Notes: generated by a model from the sequence alone, not told the origin. Counted from the first letter of the stretch, positions 47,663 to 58,375 are shown. The stretch: DNA of 64,000 bases from an uncultured Candidatus Saccharibacteria bacterium (GCA_938046735.1 CALIXF010000003.1:16463-80462), one strand, 5' to 3'. Translations and numbers: made by a program.

Positions 47663-48670
47663 ATGAAAAAAGCGATCGTGGAAGAAAATAATAAGATAAG
47701 TAGTGAAGACGAGGAGCTTTTTGCTGTTCGCGATACAGATATGGGGCCACAGGAACCTGGGGTCGATGACCTTTCAGAAGATGAGGAGTTGTCAGATGAG
47801 GATCTGGAAATTACCGCTGAGAATGTGGATCAGTTTGCTGATGACTCGGTGAGATTATATTTAAGAGAAATTGGTAAAATTCCGCTCCTTTCAAACGAGG
47901 AAGAAACTGATCTTGCTTATCGTGTTGTGAAAGGTGAAAAGAAAGCCAAGGATAAAATGGTGGAGGCTAATATGCGTCTCGTGGTGTCGATTGCGAAACG
48001 TTATTCTGGTCGTGGTTTAGATTTTTTGGATTTGATTCAAGAAGGGAATACTGGTCTGCTTCGTGCAGTAGAGAAATTTGATCCGGATAAGGGTTTTAAA
48101 TTCTCTACTTATGCCACTTGGTGGATTAGGCAAGCAATTACGCGTGCAATTGCTGATCAGGCAAGAACGATTCGTATTCCTGTGCATATGGTGGAAACTA
48201 TTAATAAAGTTCTACGAGCAACTAGGAAATTAACAAATGAGTTAAATCGTGAGCCGACCACGGAAGAAGTAGCTAAAGAGATGGGTATGGAGCCGGATAA
48301 GGTCGACTATGTGATGAAGATCAAGCAAGATATTGCATCGTTAGACGCGGCGGTAGGTCATGATGGCGAGGATGAGGATTCAGTACTGGGAGACTTTATT
48401 GAGGATGAGGGGCGAGTCTCGCCTGAGGATGCAGCAGCGGCTCAAATGTTAAAGGAGCAGATTGCGGAAATTTTAGGATCTTTGTCTGAACGTGAACAAA
48501 AAGTAATTAAATTACGTTTTGGAATTGGTGGTGGACGTCCGCACACTTTGGAAGAAGTGGGGGCGGAGTTTGCTGTAACGAGGGAACGCATTCGTCAGAT
48601 TGAGGCAAAGGCTTTGTCTAAATTGAGAAAACATAAGGATACAAAGAAGTTACACGAATATCTACATTAA
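47663..48670 (+). CDS. rpoD: RNA polymerase sigma factor RpoD (sigma-70, short form)
   Basis: 335 aa; regions 2-4 ([19 protein letters not shown]; C-terminal HTH); acidic N-terminus. Confidence 0.9.
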   Translation: MKKAIVEENNKISSEDEELFAVRDTDMGPQEPGVDDLSEDEELSDEDLEITAENVDQFADDSVRLYLREIGKIPLLSNEEETDLAYRVVKGEKKAKDKMVEANMRLVVSIAKRYSGRGLDFLDLIQEGNTGLLRAVEKFDPDKGFKFSTYATWWIRQAITRAIADQARTIRIPVHMVETINKVLRATRKLTNELNREPTTEEVAKEMGMEPDKVDYVMKIKQDIASLDAAVGHDGEDEDSVLGDFIEDEGRVSPEDAAAAQMLKEQIAEILGSLSEREQKVIKLRFGIGGGRPHTLEEVGAEFAVTRERIRQIEAKALSKLRKHKDTKKLHEYLH

Positions 48671-48714
48671 ATAAGTAAAAATATAGGTAAATAATAGAAA
48701 GAGCGGATAGGGAG

Positions 48715-49098
48715 ATGAAAATATTAAACAAAATATTTCGAGGGATGGCAACCTTTATTTTAAGTTTGAGTTTTATTTATGCTCTAGGGGCTTTTTCGCA
48801 ACCAGTTTTTGCGGATTGTGGTGGTGTAAAAACTTCGATTATTAATTGTAGCGAGACTGATCCTAAGTCAGGAATTTTTGCAGTACTTGGTATGGTATTA
48901 AATATCTTGACAGTTGGCGTTGGAATTGCAGCGACGGCAGGCCTTATCTTTTGTGGTTATCAATATATGACTTCTAAGAATGAGCCAGCAGTAATAGCAA
49001 AAATTAAAATGCGTATACTAAATATTGTAATTGGGTTAGTTATTTATGCGATGTTTTGGGGTGTGATTGCACTACTACTTCCGGGTGGTATTAATTAA
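48715..49098 (+). CDS. VirB2/TrbC-like pilin-family small membrane protein (paralog of 1532-1924)
   Basis: 127 aa; signal-like N-terminus, two TM helices separated by a short loop. Confidence 0.5.
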   Translation: MKILNKIFRGMATFILSLSFIYALGAFSQPVFADCGGVKTSIINCSETDPKSGIFAVLGMVLNILTVGVGIAATAGLIFCGYQYMTSKNEPAVIAKIKMRILNIVIGLVIYAMFWGVIALLLPGGIN

Positions 49099-49129
49099 AG
49101 GAGAACATAATCTGGGGCGGTGAAGTAAA

Positions 49130-50125
49130 ATGACGCAAAAAGGAAGAGAGACTGAGTTATATTACATTTTGGATAGAGTTACGGAAGAAGCAACAAAGGG
49201 ACGTACGCGAGTGGTGATCGTGATTAATTCAAGGTCAAGTCAGGCCAAAAGGATTGAAACGGAAGTCTTAACGCCAATTAAAAATGCAATTTTTAAAAGA
49301 AATAGTATACAAGATGCAAACATTCAGAATGTTACTTTAATGCAGTATGAGGTGGCACCAACAAATGTGGATGACAATGCTAAAAAATTAGCAGAGTGTT
49401 TAATGGATGGTGATATTTTGATAACTTTGGGTGGTGACGGGACGGCAACGATCGGCGTAAATGCCGCTTTTTTGTCTGGTAAAAAAGTAAAATATTATAC
49501 ATTGCCGTTCGGAAATTTTAATGATATTGCACGAACGGTAAGAGAGGCTCGTGGAAATAGAGTGTATGGTTTGGAAGCGAAAGTAGATGATGAGCATTTT
49601 CGTTTTGCGCTATGTTATTTTACCGTGGGAATGCTTGCGGAGTCGACAGAAATTTTTGATGAGAGTAAGATTCGTAAGAAGCTAAGAAGAAAGCATGGAA
49701 GGTTGTGGTATTCACTGATAGTATTATTTAAATGGTTTATGAAAAATCATCATAAAAAATTTATTCCGAGGTTTTACTATGAGATAGATGGTAGCCGAAC
49801 AAAGGTAGAAAAAAAGCAGGTTTCGGATGTGATTATATTGAACGGAGCTAGTATGGCAAAGGTACTTCGAGGAGGAGATTATTATCTTGGTGACAAATTC
49901 TTGATGAGGTGTGCATCTTTACAGAGTCTTTTTTTGATGAGTTGGTTTATGTTGCGCGGTTTTTTTGGAGTGAAGGGCGAACAATGTAGGCTAATGAGGT
50001 TGATTTTTGAAGAAAAAGAGGAACTGCAGCAGGTTGAAATACAGGCAGAGGGGGAATATAAAAGAATTAAGAAAATGCAAAGCATTGAATTTAAAAAAAC
50101 AAAAGATGCTTTACAGATTTTATAA
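49130..50125 (+). CDS. lipid kinase, diacylglycerol-kinase catalytic-domain family (YegS/DgkA-like)
   Basis: 331 aa; GGDGT motif (ILITLGGDGTATIGVNAAF) typical of DAGK_cat. Confidence 0.65.
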   Translation: MTQKGRETELYYILDRVTEEATKGRTRVVIVINSRSSQAKRIETEVLTPIKNAIFKRNSIQDANIQNVTLMQYEVAPTNVDDNAKKLAECLMDGDILITLGGDGTATIGVNAAFLSGKKVKYYTLPFGNFNDIARTVREARGNRVYGLEAKVDDEHFRFALCYFTVGMLAESTEIFDESKIRKKLRRKHGRLWYSLIVLFKWFMKNHHKKFIPRFYYEIDGSRTKVEKKQVSDVIILNGASMAKVLRGGDYYLGDKFLMRCASLQSLFLMSWFMLRGFFGVKGEQCRLMRLIFEEKEELQQVEIQAEGEYKRIKKMQSIEFKKTKDALQIL

Positions 50126-50149
50126 TGCTTGTGTTATAATTACGTTAAT

Positions 50150-51196
50150 ATGAGTCTATTGCATGGAGTGGGCGATTTCTTCGCATTGGATATTGGGACA
50201 AATTCGATCAGAATGATCCAGCTTTCTGGTAATGTGGAAAAGGGCTGGGTGCTTGAAAAATTTGCGTATGTACCAATTGATTCTAAGTTAACTCAAGATG
50301 ATTCGGAAACCGGAAGAAGGAGGTTAGGGGAAATTATTTTGGGTGCTAGGCAACAGGCAGGGATTAGGACAAAAAATATTGCGGTCGGTATGCCAGCAAG
50401 AAAAACATATACGGCTATTATTGAGGTGCCTAATGCCCCTAAGCGAGAAATTGTGAATACAGTTAAATATGAGGCTGATCAATATGTGCCAATGTCGGTA
50501 GATGATGCAAAAGTAGATTTTGCGGTGCTTGGAATTAGCCCAAATGACGCAAAGAAAGCTGAAATTTTGCTTTCATCAGTCGATAATGCTTATGCAGAGT
50601 CGCTACTTGAGAGAATTGAAGCTTTAGGTTTGAACGTAATCGCACAAGAACCTGAGCCAATATCTATGGTAAGGGCGTTGGCGCCAGTGGGTGTTCAGGA
50701 CGCAAGAATGATTATCGATCTTGGTGAGACCTCAACTGATCTAGTGGTGATGTATCAAGATTCACCACGCTTGGTACGTTCGATTCCTGGAGGGCTTGCG
50801 AGCTTTGTGAAAGTGGTGGAAAGTTCCTTAAAGGTACGTGAAGATCAAGCAAGGCAATTTATTTTAAAATTTGGTTTGGCTCAAGATAAACTGGAAGGAA
50901 AGGTTTATAATGCTTTAAGTTCTACTCTGGAAAATTTTGCACTAGAATTGACAAAATCAGTAAGATTCTTTCAGAATCGTTACACTGGAGCGCAGGTGGG
51001 CGGAATTGTACTATCTGGTTTTTCTGGTATTATTCCGTTTATTGCGGAATATATTGAAATGAAGACTGGAGTTGCAACAATTCAGGGTAATCCTTGGCAA
51101 TATGTAAAAGTGACACCTCAACAACAACAGCTACTTTTGCCAGTAGCATCAGAATTCGCGGTAGCGATTGGGCTCGCTGAGAGGAGTAATGACTAA
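50150..51196 (+). CDS. pilM: type IV pilus assembly protein PilM (actin-like ATPase fold)
   Basis: FALDIGTNSIRMIQL N-terminal actin-fold motif; ATG at 50150 preferred over TTG at 50129. Confidence 0.8.
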   Translation: MSLLHGVGDFFALDIGTNSIRMIQLSGNVEKGWVLEKFAYVPIDSKLTQDDSETGRRRLGEIILGARQQAGIRTKNIAVGMPARKTYTAIIEVPNAPKREIVNTVKYEADQYVPMSVDDAKVDFAVLGISPNDAKKAEILLSSVDNAYAESLLERIEALGLNVIAQEPEPISMVRALAPVGVQDARMIIDLGETSTDLVVMYQDSPRLVRSIPGGLASFVKVVESSLKVREDQARQFILKFGLAQDKLEGKVYNALSSTLENFALELTKSVRFFQNRYTGAQVGGIVLSGFSGIIPFIAEYIEMKTGVATIQGNPWQYVKVTPQQQQLLLPVASEFAVAIGLAERSND

Positions 51197-52701
51197 TGAA
51201 GAAATATACTTTTAAGAATATGACTTTTTCAGATATCCCTAAATTCTTTAAGGATTTAGTTGCTGGGAAAAAGGATGATTCGGCCATGATGACTGGTCAG
51301 ACTGGCAAATACGAAGTGAATTTGGTGCCAGATGTAAAACTGGAGATGATTCGTTTGCAAAAAATTCGTAATCTTGTATTTTTTGTTTGTATTGTGGTTT
51401 CGATTGTTTCGGTTTCAACATTGGTGGTGTTGGGTGGAATTAAGGGAACACAAGACCTTCTAATTTCAGGTCAAGAAAGTCATATAAAGAATCTGAGTGA
51501 TAAAATTACAAATTATAAAGAGCTGCCAGATTTTTTGACAATTCAAGATCAATTGAAGAAATTGTCGGAAATTAATAAGAACCGTCCAGTATTGTCGCGG
51601 GTATTTCCAATTTTGAAAAATTTGTTCCCGACTGGTGCAGATACTATAACTATGTCGGAACTAAATGTAAATCTTGAGACGGCAACTTTAAACTTTGATG
51701 CTCAGGCAAACGCAGGTGAGGAACCGAAAATTGATTATCGCGTGCTGGAATCATTTAAGAAATCAGTCAATATGATGAAATACGATTTTGGGCGTTTCGT
51801 GACGGCGAGTGGCGATCAAATTCCGACTAGATGCATTCAAGAGACGGATGACAAGGGAAACTTATTGTCTGAAAACGGTAATGTGTATGTAATTTGGAAA
51901 AGAGGTAAGGTTGACTGTGATCCTGGACGTAATGATCATGTCAATAAAACGGAAGAAAATAATACAATAGGTAACAAAAGGACTGATTCCTCAATTGATA
52001 ACACTAACTTAAATAATGGAAGTCTTGGTCAAGTAAATGATCAAGAGAAGAAGGAAGAGAAAAAAACAGTTACAAAGATTGAGACAATTATTCCCGATGA
52101 GAAAATTTGGCGTACACCACAGTTTGACACTTGGAGTAAAGGAACGGAAGTAAAGACTTCTGAGGATGGAGTGGCAGATGATTTAGCTTCAAGTCGCGAA
52201 AGTAATACACAGACTGAAAATGGCACAGAAATTGAGACTGTGACGATTAAAAATGTGAAAAACTCGATTTATAAGCCAGTAATGGATCTAAAGGGGAAGG
52301 TTACAGGGGTGCCACATTTTGAGAGTGAATGCATTAAATATTCTGGTACTAAGGTAAATGAAAATAATGCAGAAACGATAAAATGGAGTGCAGAAAATAG
52401 CTGTAAGATGGTGCCTGAGGGAATTCAGATTACTGATTCATCAAATGGTCGTGATGCAAATAATAATTTAGTCTTAAGATTTTCGGCAGCGTTATCGATT
52501 GATCCTGTGATCTTTGCTTATAATAACAAACATATTATGACGATTGGTCCAACAGGCCAGAATGTAACGGACTCATATCAGCAAATTAAGGGAATGTTTG
52601 CAGCGCCGGCTAATGATTGTAAGGCTGACGATGCAGAATGTAGTACGCAAAATACAAAGCAAGCGGATAGTAAAAATAGCGGAAGTGAGAACAAAAAATG
52701 A
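51196..52701 (+). CDS. PilN-like type IV pilus assembly protein with a roughly 300-aa Cys-containing C-terminal extension
   Basis: N-terminal cytoplasmic segment plus single TM (LVFFVCIVVSIVSVSTLVVLGG) plus periplasmic coiled-coil region, as in PilN; operon position after pilM. Confidence 0.55.
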   Translation: MKKYTFKNMTFSDIPKFFKDLVAGKKDDSAMMTGQTGKYEVNLVPDVKLEMIRLQKIRNLVFFVCIVVSIVSVSTLVVLGGIKGTQDLLISGQESHIKNLSDKITNYKELPDFLTIQDQLKKLSEINKNRPVLSRVFPILKNLFPTGADTITMSELNVNLETATLNFDAQANAGEEPKIDYRVLESFKKSVNMMKYDFGRFVTASGDQIPTRCIQETDDKGNLLSENGNVYVIWKRGKVDCDPGRNDHVNKTEENNTIGNKRTDSSIDNTNLNNGSLGQVNDQEKKEEKKTVTKIETIIPDEKIWRTPQFDTWSKGTEVKTSEDGVADDLASSRESNTQTENGTEIETVTIKNVKNSIYKPVMDLKGKVTGVPHFESECIKYSGTKVNENNAETIKWSAENSCKMVPEGIQITDSSNGRDANNNLVLRFSAALSIDPVIFAYNNKHIMTIGPTGQNVTDSYQQIKGMFAAPANDCKADDAECSTQNTKQADSKNSGSENKK

Positions 52702-53591
52702 CAGAAAAAAGTTTTGGAAAACGATTTCGGATGAATAAGCTACAACAGCAGATGATGATGGCTGCACTGGGGGCTTCGTTGCTTTTGGGTGTGAGTGTTG
52801 TGGTATCAATTTACCTCATTAAATATATGAATTTTAATGCAAAGGTGATTAAGAGACGTGATGTGGCAATTGCGAATTATGATCTTGCAATTAAAAATGT
52901 TGGTATTTGTAAAGATAGTGATGGGGATGGTAAATTTTCGGAAAAGGAACTAAAAAGTTGTAATCCGCAGGCGATTGATGTTTCAAGTATACCGGGTACT
53001 TTGCGTTATAACGTAATGGTGGGAATGGCTGCAAATACCAATTTGGAATCGGTGGCAAGAACTAGCCAGAAAAAATGCTACGATGAAAATGGGAAGCGAA
53101 TTAATTTTACAACTGCTTACTCAAAGGCAACTAGTGATGATGAGAGATCATATGATCTTAAAATGATGAAAATGTGTTCAGCGTTACGTGTGGTGCCAGA
53201 TGCGTTGCCGGCTCAGAAAAACGATGAGGCATTGTTGGGTTCTTTGAACCAGATTTTCTTATTGTCTGGTTTTGAGCCTGAACAACTTTCACCGGGAACT
53301 AATTATAGACAGAGCCGTGTGTCTGGTGTATCGACGATTCCAGTGTCTTTGACGGTAAAAAGAAGTGAAGCTGAGACGATGTCAATTATTTCAAATATTG
53401 AGAAGTCGATACGCGCTTTCAGTATATCTTCCGCCCAGATTAAATGGGGTAGTAATTTAGGAAATGGTAATACAAAACTAGAGTTATTAGCACAGGGTGC
53501 AGCGTTTTACAGTGCGGAGACAACGGTACAAGAAAAAACTGAGATAGTAAAAGCTAAGGAAGATAAAACTAAAGATAAGAGACAAAAATAG
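52698..53591 (+). CDS. PilO-like type IV pilus assembly protein
   Basis: 297 aa; single N-terminal TM; operon position; contains a Cys-bracketed EF-hand-like loop. Confidence 0.45.
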   Translation: MTEKSFGKRFRMNKLQQQMMMAALGASLLLGVSVVVSIYLIKYMNFNAKVIKRRDVAIANYDLAIKNVGICKDSDGDGKFSEKELKSCNPQAIDVSSIPGTLRYNVMVGMAANTNLESVARTSQKKCYDENGKRINFTTAYSKATSDDERSYDLKMMKMCSALRVVPDALPAQKNDEALLGSLNQIFLLSGFEPEQLSPGTNYRQSRVSGVSTIPVSLTVKRSEAETMSIISNIEKSIRAFSISSAQIKWGSNLGNGNTKLELLAQGAAFYSAETTVQEKTEIVKAKEDKTKDKRQK

Positions 53592-53603
53592 GAAGAAAGT
53601 AAT

Positions 53604-54077
53604 ATGAAGCAATCAGATATTTTCACAATAATTATTATCGCCTCGATCGGGATGGTGGGTGCTTTCTTTGCTTCAAATGCTATTTTGGGAAATCCAGACG
53701 AATTAACGATGAAACATAAAAATATTTCACCGATTTCAACCGAAGTGGTAGAACCAGATCCTGAAACGTTTAACCGGGATGCAATTAATCCGACGGTCGA
53801 GGTTTATGTTGGTCAATGTGAGGATGTGGACCAGAATGGTATCTTGGATCGTGCTGAGTTGGTAGCTTGCGGTAAGGCAAGTCCAGAAGAGTCAAAAGAG
53901 GAACAAAAGACAGAAGATAAACAGAAGAAGGACGAAGGGCAGACGGGGGGGCAAACTAATAATAATTCAAATAGTACAGGTGGACCGGCAACCGAAAATC
54001 AAAATAGTAACACAGGTAACTCGAATAATGCAAGTAGCTCATCAAGCAGTCAAAATAGAGCAGGTTCAACTGAATAG
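53604..54077 (+). CDS. small membrane-anchored pilus-cluster protein with an EF-hand-like loop and an N/S/Q-rich tail (PilP-like by position)
   Basis: 157 aa; one TM; DVDQNGILDRAE loop between two cysteines. Confidence 0.4.
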   Translation: MKQSDIFTIIIIASIGMVGAFFASNAILGNPDELTMKHKNISPISTEVVEPDPETFNRDAINPTVEVYVGQCEDVDQNGILDRAELVACGKASPEESKEEQKTEDKQKKDEGQTGGQTNNNSNSTGGPATENQNSNTGNSNNASSSSSSQNRAGSTE

Positions 54078-54079
54078 TT

Positions 54080-55840
54080 ATGACATTACTGACGCAGGAA
54101 GCACAAGAAAAAGTAGTATCCCTTTTAATCTCAGAGGGGTTGGTTTCTAGTGAAAAAGTTCAGGAAGTAGTTGAGGAAATAAAAAAGACAAAACAGCCAC
54201 TTCTTGCGACTTTAATTGCGAGAAGAGTGACAGATGCGGAGACCGTAACGCATGCAACGGCGGTGATAATTAATGTGCCGTATGTAAGCTTAAGAAATGT
54301 GATGTTTGATCCGGAAATTTTATCACTCTTGCCGTATGACGTGGTTTCAAGGTCAATGGTAGTACCGCTCGGGGAAAAGAATGGACAATTGTATGTGGCG
54401 ATGCTTGATGTGTCAAACGTACAACAGACGGATTATTTGTCACAGTTAACGCAGAAACCAATAAGAATTATGATGGCTTCTGAAAAAGGTCTAAAAGCCG
54501 CAATCTCGCAATATAGAGGAGACTTCACGGCAGTAGAAAAGGCGGTGAAGACTTCAGAGGCAGATGAAGCTTCACATGGGGCAAATGTGAAGATTATTAC
54601 GCAAGATTCGCCAATCTCAAAAGCATTATCAACGATTTTGACTTTTGCGACAAAATCAAAAGCTTCGGATATTCATATTGAGCCATTAGAAAAAACTTTG
54701 ATTGTGAGATGCCGAATTGATGGCGTACTTCGTAAGGTAATGGAGTTGCCTAAAACGATTGAGCCAGCCCTAGTATCTCGTGTGAAAATTTTATCAAACC
54801 TAAAGATTGACGAACATCGTATACCACAGGATGGACAATTTACGGTACTTGTGGATGGAAAAGAAGTAGATTTGCGTATTGCTATTTCGCCGGTAATTTG
54901 GGGGGAACAGGTAGTGATTCGTATCTTGGATAAAAGTGGAACAACGCTTGATATTGAACAAATGGGAATGACTGGTCATGCGTTGAGGATGGTGGAGCGA
55001 GGAATTGCAAAGCCAAATGGTATGATTTTAACTTCAGGTCCAACTGGTTCTGGAAAATCGACAACGTTGTACGCTCTGATTCGTAGGATTAGGACAGACG
55101 GTATTAATATCGTGACGCTGGAAGATCCGGTGGAGTATAAGATGGATGGAGTGAATCAGATTCAGGTGAATGTGGATGCTGGTTTGACTTTTGCAACTGG
55201 TTTACGTAGTATTTTGCGTCAAGATCCGGATGTGGTGATGGTAGGAGAAATTCGTGATGCGGAAACGGCAAATTTAGCAGTTCAGGCTGCACTGACTGGG
55301 CATTTGGTGTTTTCGACATTACATACTAACTCGGCGGCAGGTATTTTGCCAAGGCTTCTTGATATGGGAATTGAACCATTTTTATTAGCCTCAACACTAA
55401 ATACGGTTATTGGACAGAGATTAGTAAGACGAGTGGCGCCAAAGAGAGAGGCTGTTCATTCAAATGAAATGGAAACGAAGCAAATTAATGATTTGGTGGG
55501 AAACATTCTACCACAAAATCAACAGCAAGTTGCAATCGTATCAGACGACTTAGGTTATACGGGTTTGCCAGTGGTGAATCCAAATGGCTACACTCTAGTT
55601 AGGGGAATTGATGAGCGAGAAACGCCTGGAGGGTATAAGGGGAGGGCAGGTCTTTATGAAACTATTGAAGTGGATGACGATATACAAAAAATGATTATTT
55701 CACACGCAACATCAAGCGAAATTATGAAGTTAGCTAAGTCGAAGGGGACATTGACGATGCGGCAGGACGGGATGATGAAAGCTTTAACAGGTATAACAAC
55801 GGTGAGTGAAGTGAATCGTGTGGCGTCGGATTTAGCTTAA
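54080..55840 (+). CDS. pilB: type IV pilus assembly ATPase PilB (GspE family)
   Basis: 586 aa; N-terminal T2SSE_N domain, Walker A LTSGPTGSGKSTTLYAL, Asp box, His box. Confidence 0.9.
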   Translation: MTLLTQEAQEKVVSLLISEGLVSSEKVQEVVEEIKKTKQPLLATLIARRVTDAETVTHATAVIINVPYVSLRNVMFDPEILSLLPYDVVSRSMVVPLGEKNGQLYVAMLDVSNVQQTDYLSQLTQKPIRIMMASEKGLKAAISQYRGDFTAVEKAVKTSEADEASHGANVKIITQDSPISKALSTILTFATKSKASDIHIEPLEKTLIVRCRIDGVLRKVMELPKTIEPALVSRVKILSNLKIDEHRIPQDGQFTVLVDGKEVDLRIAISPVIWGEQVVIRILDKSGTTLDIEQMGMTGHALRMVERGIAKPNGMILTSGPTGSGKSTTLYALIRRIRTDGINIVTLEDPVEYKMDGVNQIQVNVDAGLTFATGLRSILRQDPDVVMVGEIRDAETANLAVQAALTGHLVFSTLHTNSAAGILPRLLDMGIEPFLLASTLNTVIGQRLVRRVAPKREAVHSNEMETKQINDLVGNILPQNQQQVAIVSDDLGYTGLPVVNPNGYTLVRGIDERETPGGYKGRAGLYETIEVDDDIQKMIISHATSSEIMKLAKSKGTLTMRQDGMMKALTGITTVSEVNRVASDLA

Positions 55841-55913
55841 TAAGAGAGAATCATTGAGACAAAAATATAATAAATGATTAAGCTTATGTTAGAATAATAG
55901 GAAAGAGGATAAA

Positions 55914-57155
55914 ATGCAGGGAAATACACAGCCACAAACAAATATGACAGCTATGCCGACTTCAACAGCGGGAGTGGCTCCACAGGTGAATCTGGCAAAT
56001 GTGACAGCTTCACCACAGCCTGTGGCGACAGCGGTTAAGACAACAGCAGCTAGTCAAGCAGCGGCAGCTTCGACTCCGACTAGCTTGCCAACCTCAATTA
56101 AGATTGAAACACTGCTTGAAGAGTGTATTAAACGTAGTGCATCCGATTTGCATATTCAGGTTGGATTGCCGCCAATTTTACGCATTGACGGATCTTTAGC
56201 TCCTATCCCAAATACACCAGCATTAACGAGCGAAATGGTGGATAAGCTGATTTTTTCAACTTTGGACTCAATGCAACGTGAAGTTTTGTCAAAAGACAAA
56301 GAGTTTGATTATTCATTTTCTTTTGGTGAGATTGCACGTTTTCGTGTAAATGCATTTAATGAAAAAGGTAATTTGGCTGCAGCATTTCGTCTAATTCCCA
56401 CAAAGATGCCAACAATTGAAGAGTTGGGAATGCCACAAATTATTTCTTCATTTGCAGATTATCCACGTGGATTGGTTCTAGTAACTGGTCCAACTGGATC
56501 AGGTAAATCAACAACTTTAGCGGCAATTATTAATAAGATTAATTCTGAAAAGGCGATGCATATTTTAACGATTGAGGACCCAATCGAATTTACGCATAAA
56601 TCAATTCGTTCAGTGGTGGCACAGCGAGAAGTGCATTATGATACGTACTCTTTTTCGAGGGCGTTAAAGTCGGCTCTCCGTGAAGATCCGGATGTGGTGT
56701 TGCTCGGTGAAATGCGTGATCTTGAGACGATTTCATCGGCAATTACGATTGCGGAGACTGGACATTTGGTTTTTGCGACGCTTCATACTAATTCAGCAGC
56801 TCAGTCAATTGATCGTATGATTGATGTTTTTCCAGCAGAACAACAACCACAGATTCGTTCGCAGTTAGCTGGAATTTTAATGGCGGTTTGTTCGCAGAGA
56901 CTTGTGCCTGCAATTGGAGGAGGGCGCGTTGTGGCAGCGGAGATTATGATTGCTAATTCGGCGGTGCGTTCAATTATTCGTGAGGGAAAAACACATCAAC
57001 TGGATAATACTATCCAAACTGGTGCAAATGAGGGGATGCAGACAATGGACCGAACTTTGGCAAAACTTGTACAGCAGGGAACAGTGACTTATGATAGCGC
57101 TAGAGATTATGCAGTAGATACGCGTGAATTTGATAGATTAGTGAAGGGGATCTAA
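55914..57155 (+). CDS. pilT: type IV pilus retraction ATPase PilT with a roughly 60-aa disordered N-terminal extension
   Basis: Walker A VLVTGPTGSGKSTTLAAII; AIRNLIRE-like motif (AVRSIIREGK). Confidence 0.85.
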   Translation: MQGNTQPQTNMTAMPTSTAGVAPQVNLANVTASPQPVATAVKTTAASQAAAASTPTSLPTSIKIETLLEECIKRSASDLHIQVGLPPILRIDGSLAPIPNTPALTSEMVDKLIFSTLDSMQREVLSKDKEFDYSFSFGEIARFRVNAFNEKGNLAAAFRLIPTKMPTIEELGMPQIISSFADYPRGLVLVTGPTGSGKSTTLAAIINKINSEKAMHILTIEDPIEFTHKSIRSVVAQREVHYDTYSFSRALKSALREDPDVVLLGEMRDLETISSAITIAETGHLVFATLHTNSAAQSIDRMIDVFPAEQQPQIRSQLAGILMAVCSQRLVPAIGGGRVVAAEIMIANSAVRSIIREGKTHQLDNTIQTGANEGMQTMDRTLAKLVQQGTVTYDSARDYAVDTREFDRLVKGI

Positions 57156-58372
57156 TGAAACGTTTTATATACAAGGCAAGAGATAGCAAGACTGGAGAGA
57201 TTATGAAGGGGGTGATCCAGGCGGAAAACGAGAGAACGGCGGGAAAACTTTTGATTGAGCAGGGGATGACACCAGACCGAATTGATGAAGATATGTCTGG
57301 GGTCGGGCTATTTCAACGTTTTCGAAATAAAGTTACAATGAAAGATAAGATTGTCTTTACAAGACAGTTTGCGACTTTAATCGGTGCAGGTTTGCCGTTA
57401 TCTAATTCACTAAGAACGGTGATTGAACAGACGGAAAGTAAGCCAATGCAGAAAGTGGTTGAATCGATCTTGGTAGATGTTGAGGCTGGTAAAACTTTAA
57501 CACAGGCTTGTGAAAAATATCCTGATGTATTCAATAAAGTTTATATCGCCTTACTTAGGGCGGGCGAAGCTTCAGGTAGTTTGGATGTGTCACTTAAACG
57601 ATTAGCTGAACAGCAGGAAAAAGATCATGCGATGATCTCTAGAATTCGTGGAGCGTTGATTTATCCAGCAATTATTTTAATGGTAATTATTGCGGTTTTA
57701 GTATTTATGGTATTAATGATTGTGCCACAAGTACAGTCTTTATATAAGGATATAGGTAAAGATTTACCTTGGGCGACGATGGTTTTGGTGTCGTTCGCGA
57801 ATTTTCTAGTAGCATTTTGGTGGCTAGTGACAATTTTACTTGGTATAGCCATCTATTTCCTTTTGCAATTCAGGAAGACGACGACGGGTATTGAGTGGTC
57901 GGCGATGATAAAGCTGAATGTGCCAATATTTAAAACGATGTTTTGGCGATTATATAATGCGCGATTTGCAAGAACGGCGTCAAATTTAATGTCGGCTGGC
58001 GTGTCAATTCAGGATACCTTACAGATTTCGGCTGAAGCGATGAATAATGTTGTGCTTGAGAAGGAAATTAAAGATGTTTCTGAAAAAGTAAAACAGGGTA
58101 AGACTTTGTCGTCGTCTTTGAAGAATTTATCGTATATTTTACCATTAGTACCGCAGATGGCTTCGATTGGTGAGGAATCTGGTAAAATAGATGAGATGTT
58201 GGCGAAGGCTGCACAGGTGTACGAGGATGAGTTGGAAGAGCAGATTCGTACGATTTCAACGATGATTGAACCAGTTCTAATGGTGGTCATGGCAATAATG
58301 GTTGGTTTTATTATCGTAGCAGTACTATTCCCAATATATTCAATCGTAAATGATGTACAAGGTAATATATAG
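57155..58372 (+). CDS. pilC: type IV pilus platform protein PilC (GspF family)
   Basis: 405 aa; two GspF repeats with 3 TM helices. Confidence 0.85.
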   Translation: MKRFIYKARDSKTGEIMKGVIQAENERTAGKLLIEQGMTPDRIDEDMSGVGLFQRFRNKVTMKDKIVFTRQFATLIGAGLPLSNSLRTVIEQTESKPMQKVVESILVDVEAGKTLTQACEKYPDVFNKVYIALLRAGEASGSLDVSLKRLAEQQEKDHAMISRIRGALIYPAIILMVIIAVLVFMVLMIVPQVQSLYKDIGKDLPWATMVLVSFANFLVAFWWLVTILLGIAIYFLLQFRKTTTGIEWSAMIKLNVPIFKTMFWRLYNARFARTASNLMSAGVSIQDTLQISAEAMNNVVLEKEIKDVSEKVKQGKTLSSSLKNLSYILPLVPQMASIGEESGKIDEMLAKAAQVYEDELEEQIRTISTMIEPVLMVVMAIMVGFIIVAVLFPIYSIVNDVQGNI

Positions 58373-58375
58373 ATA

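Noticed and set aside
50129-50149. TTG start for pilM giving the N-terminus MCYNYVN
   Set aside because: The in-frame ATG at 50150 gives the conserved PilM N-terminus, and the TTG lies within a TGTTATAAT promoter-like element.
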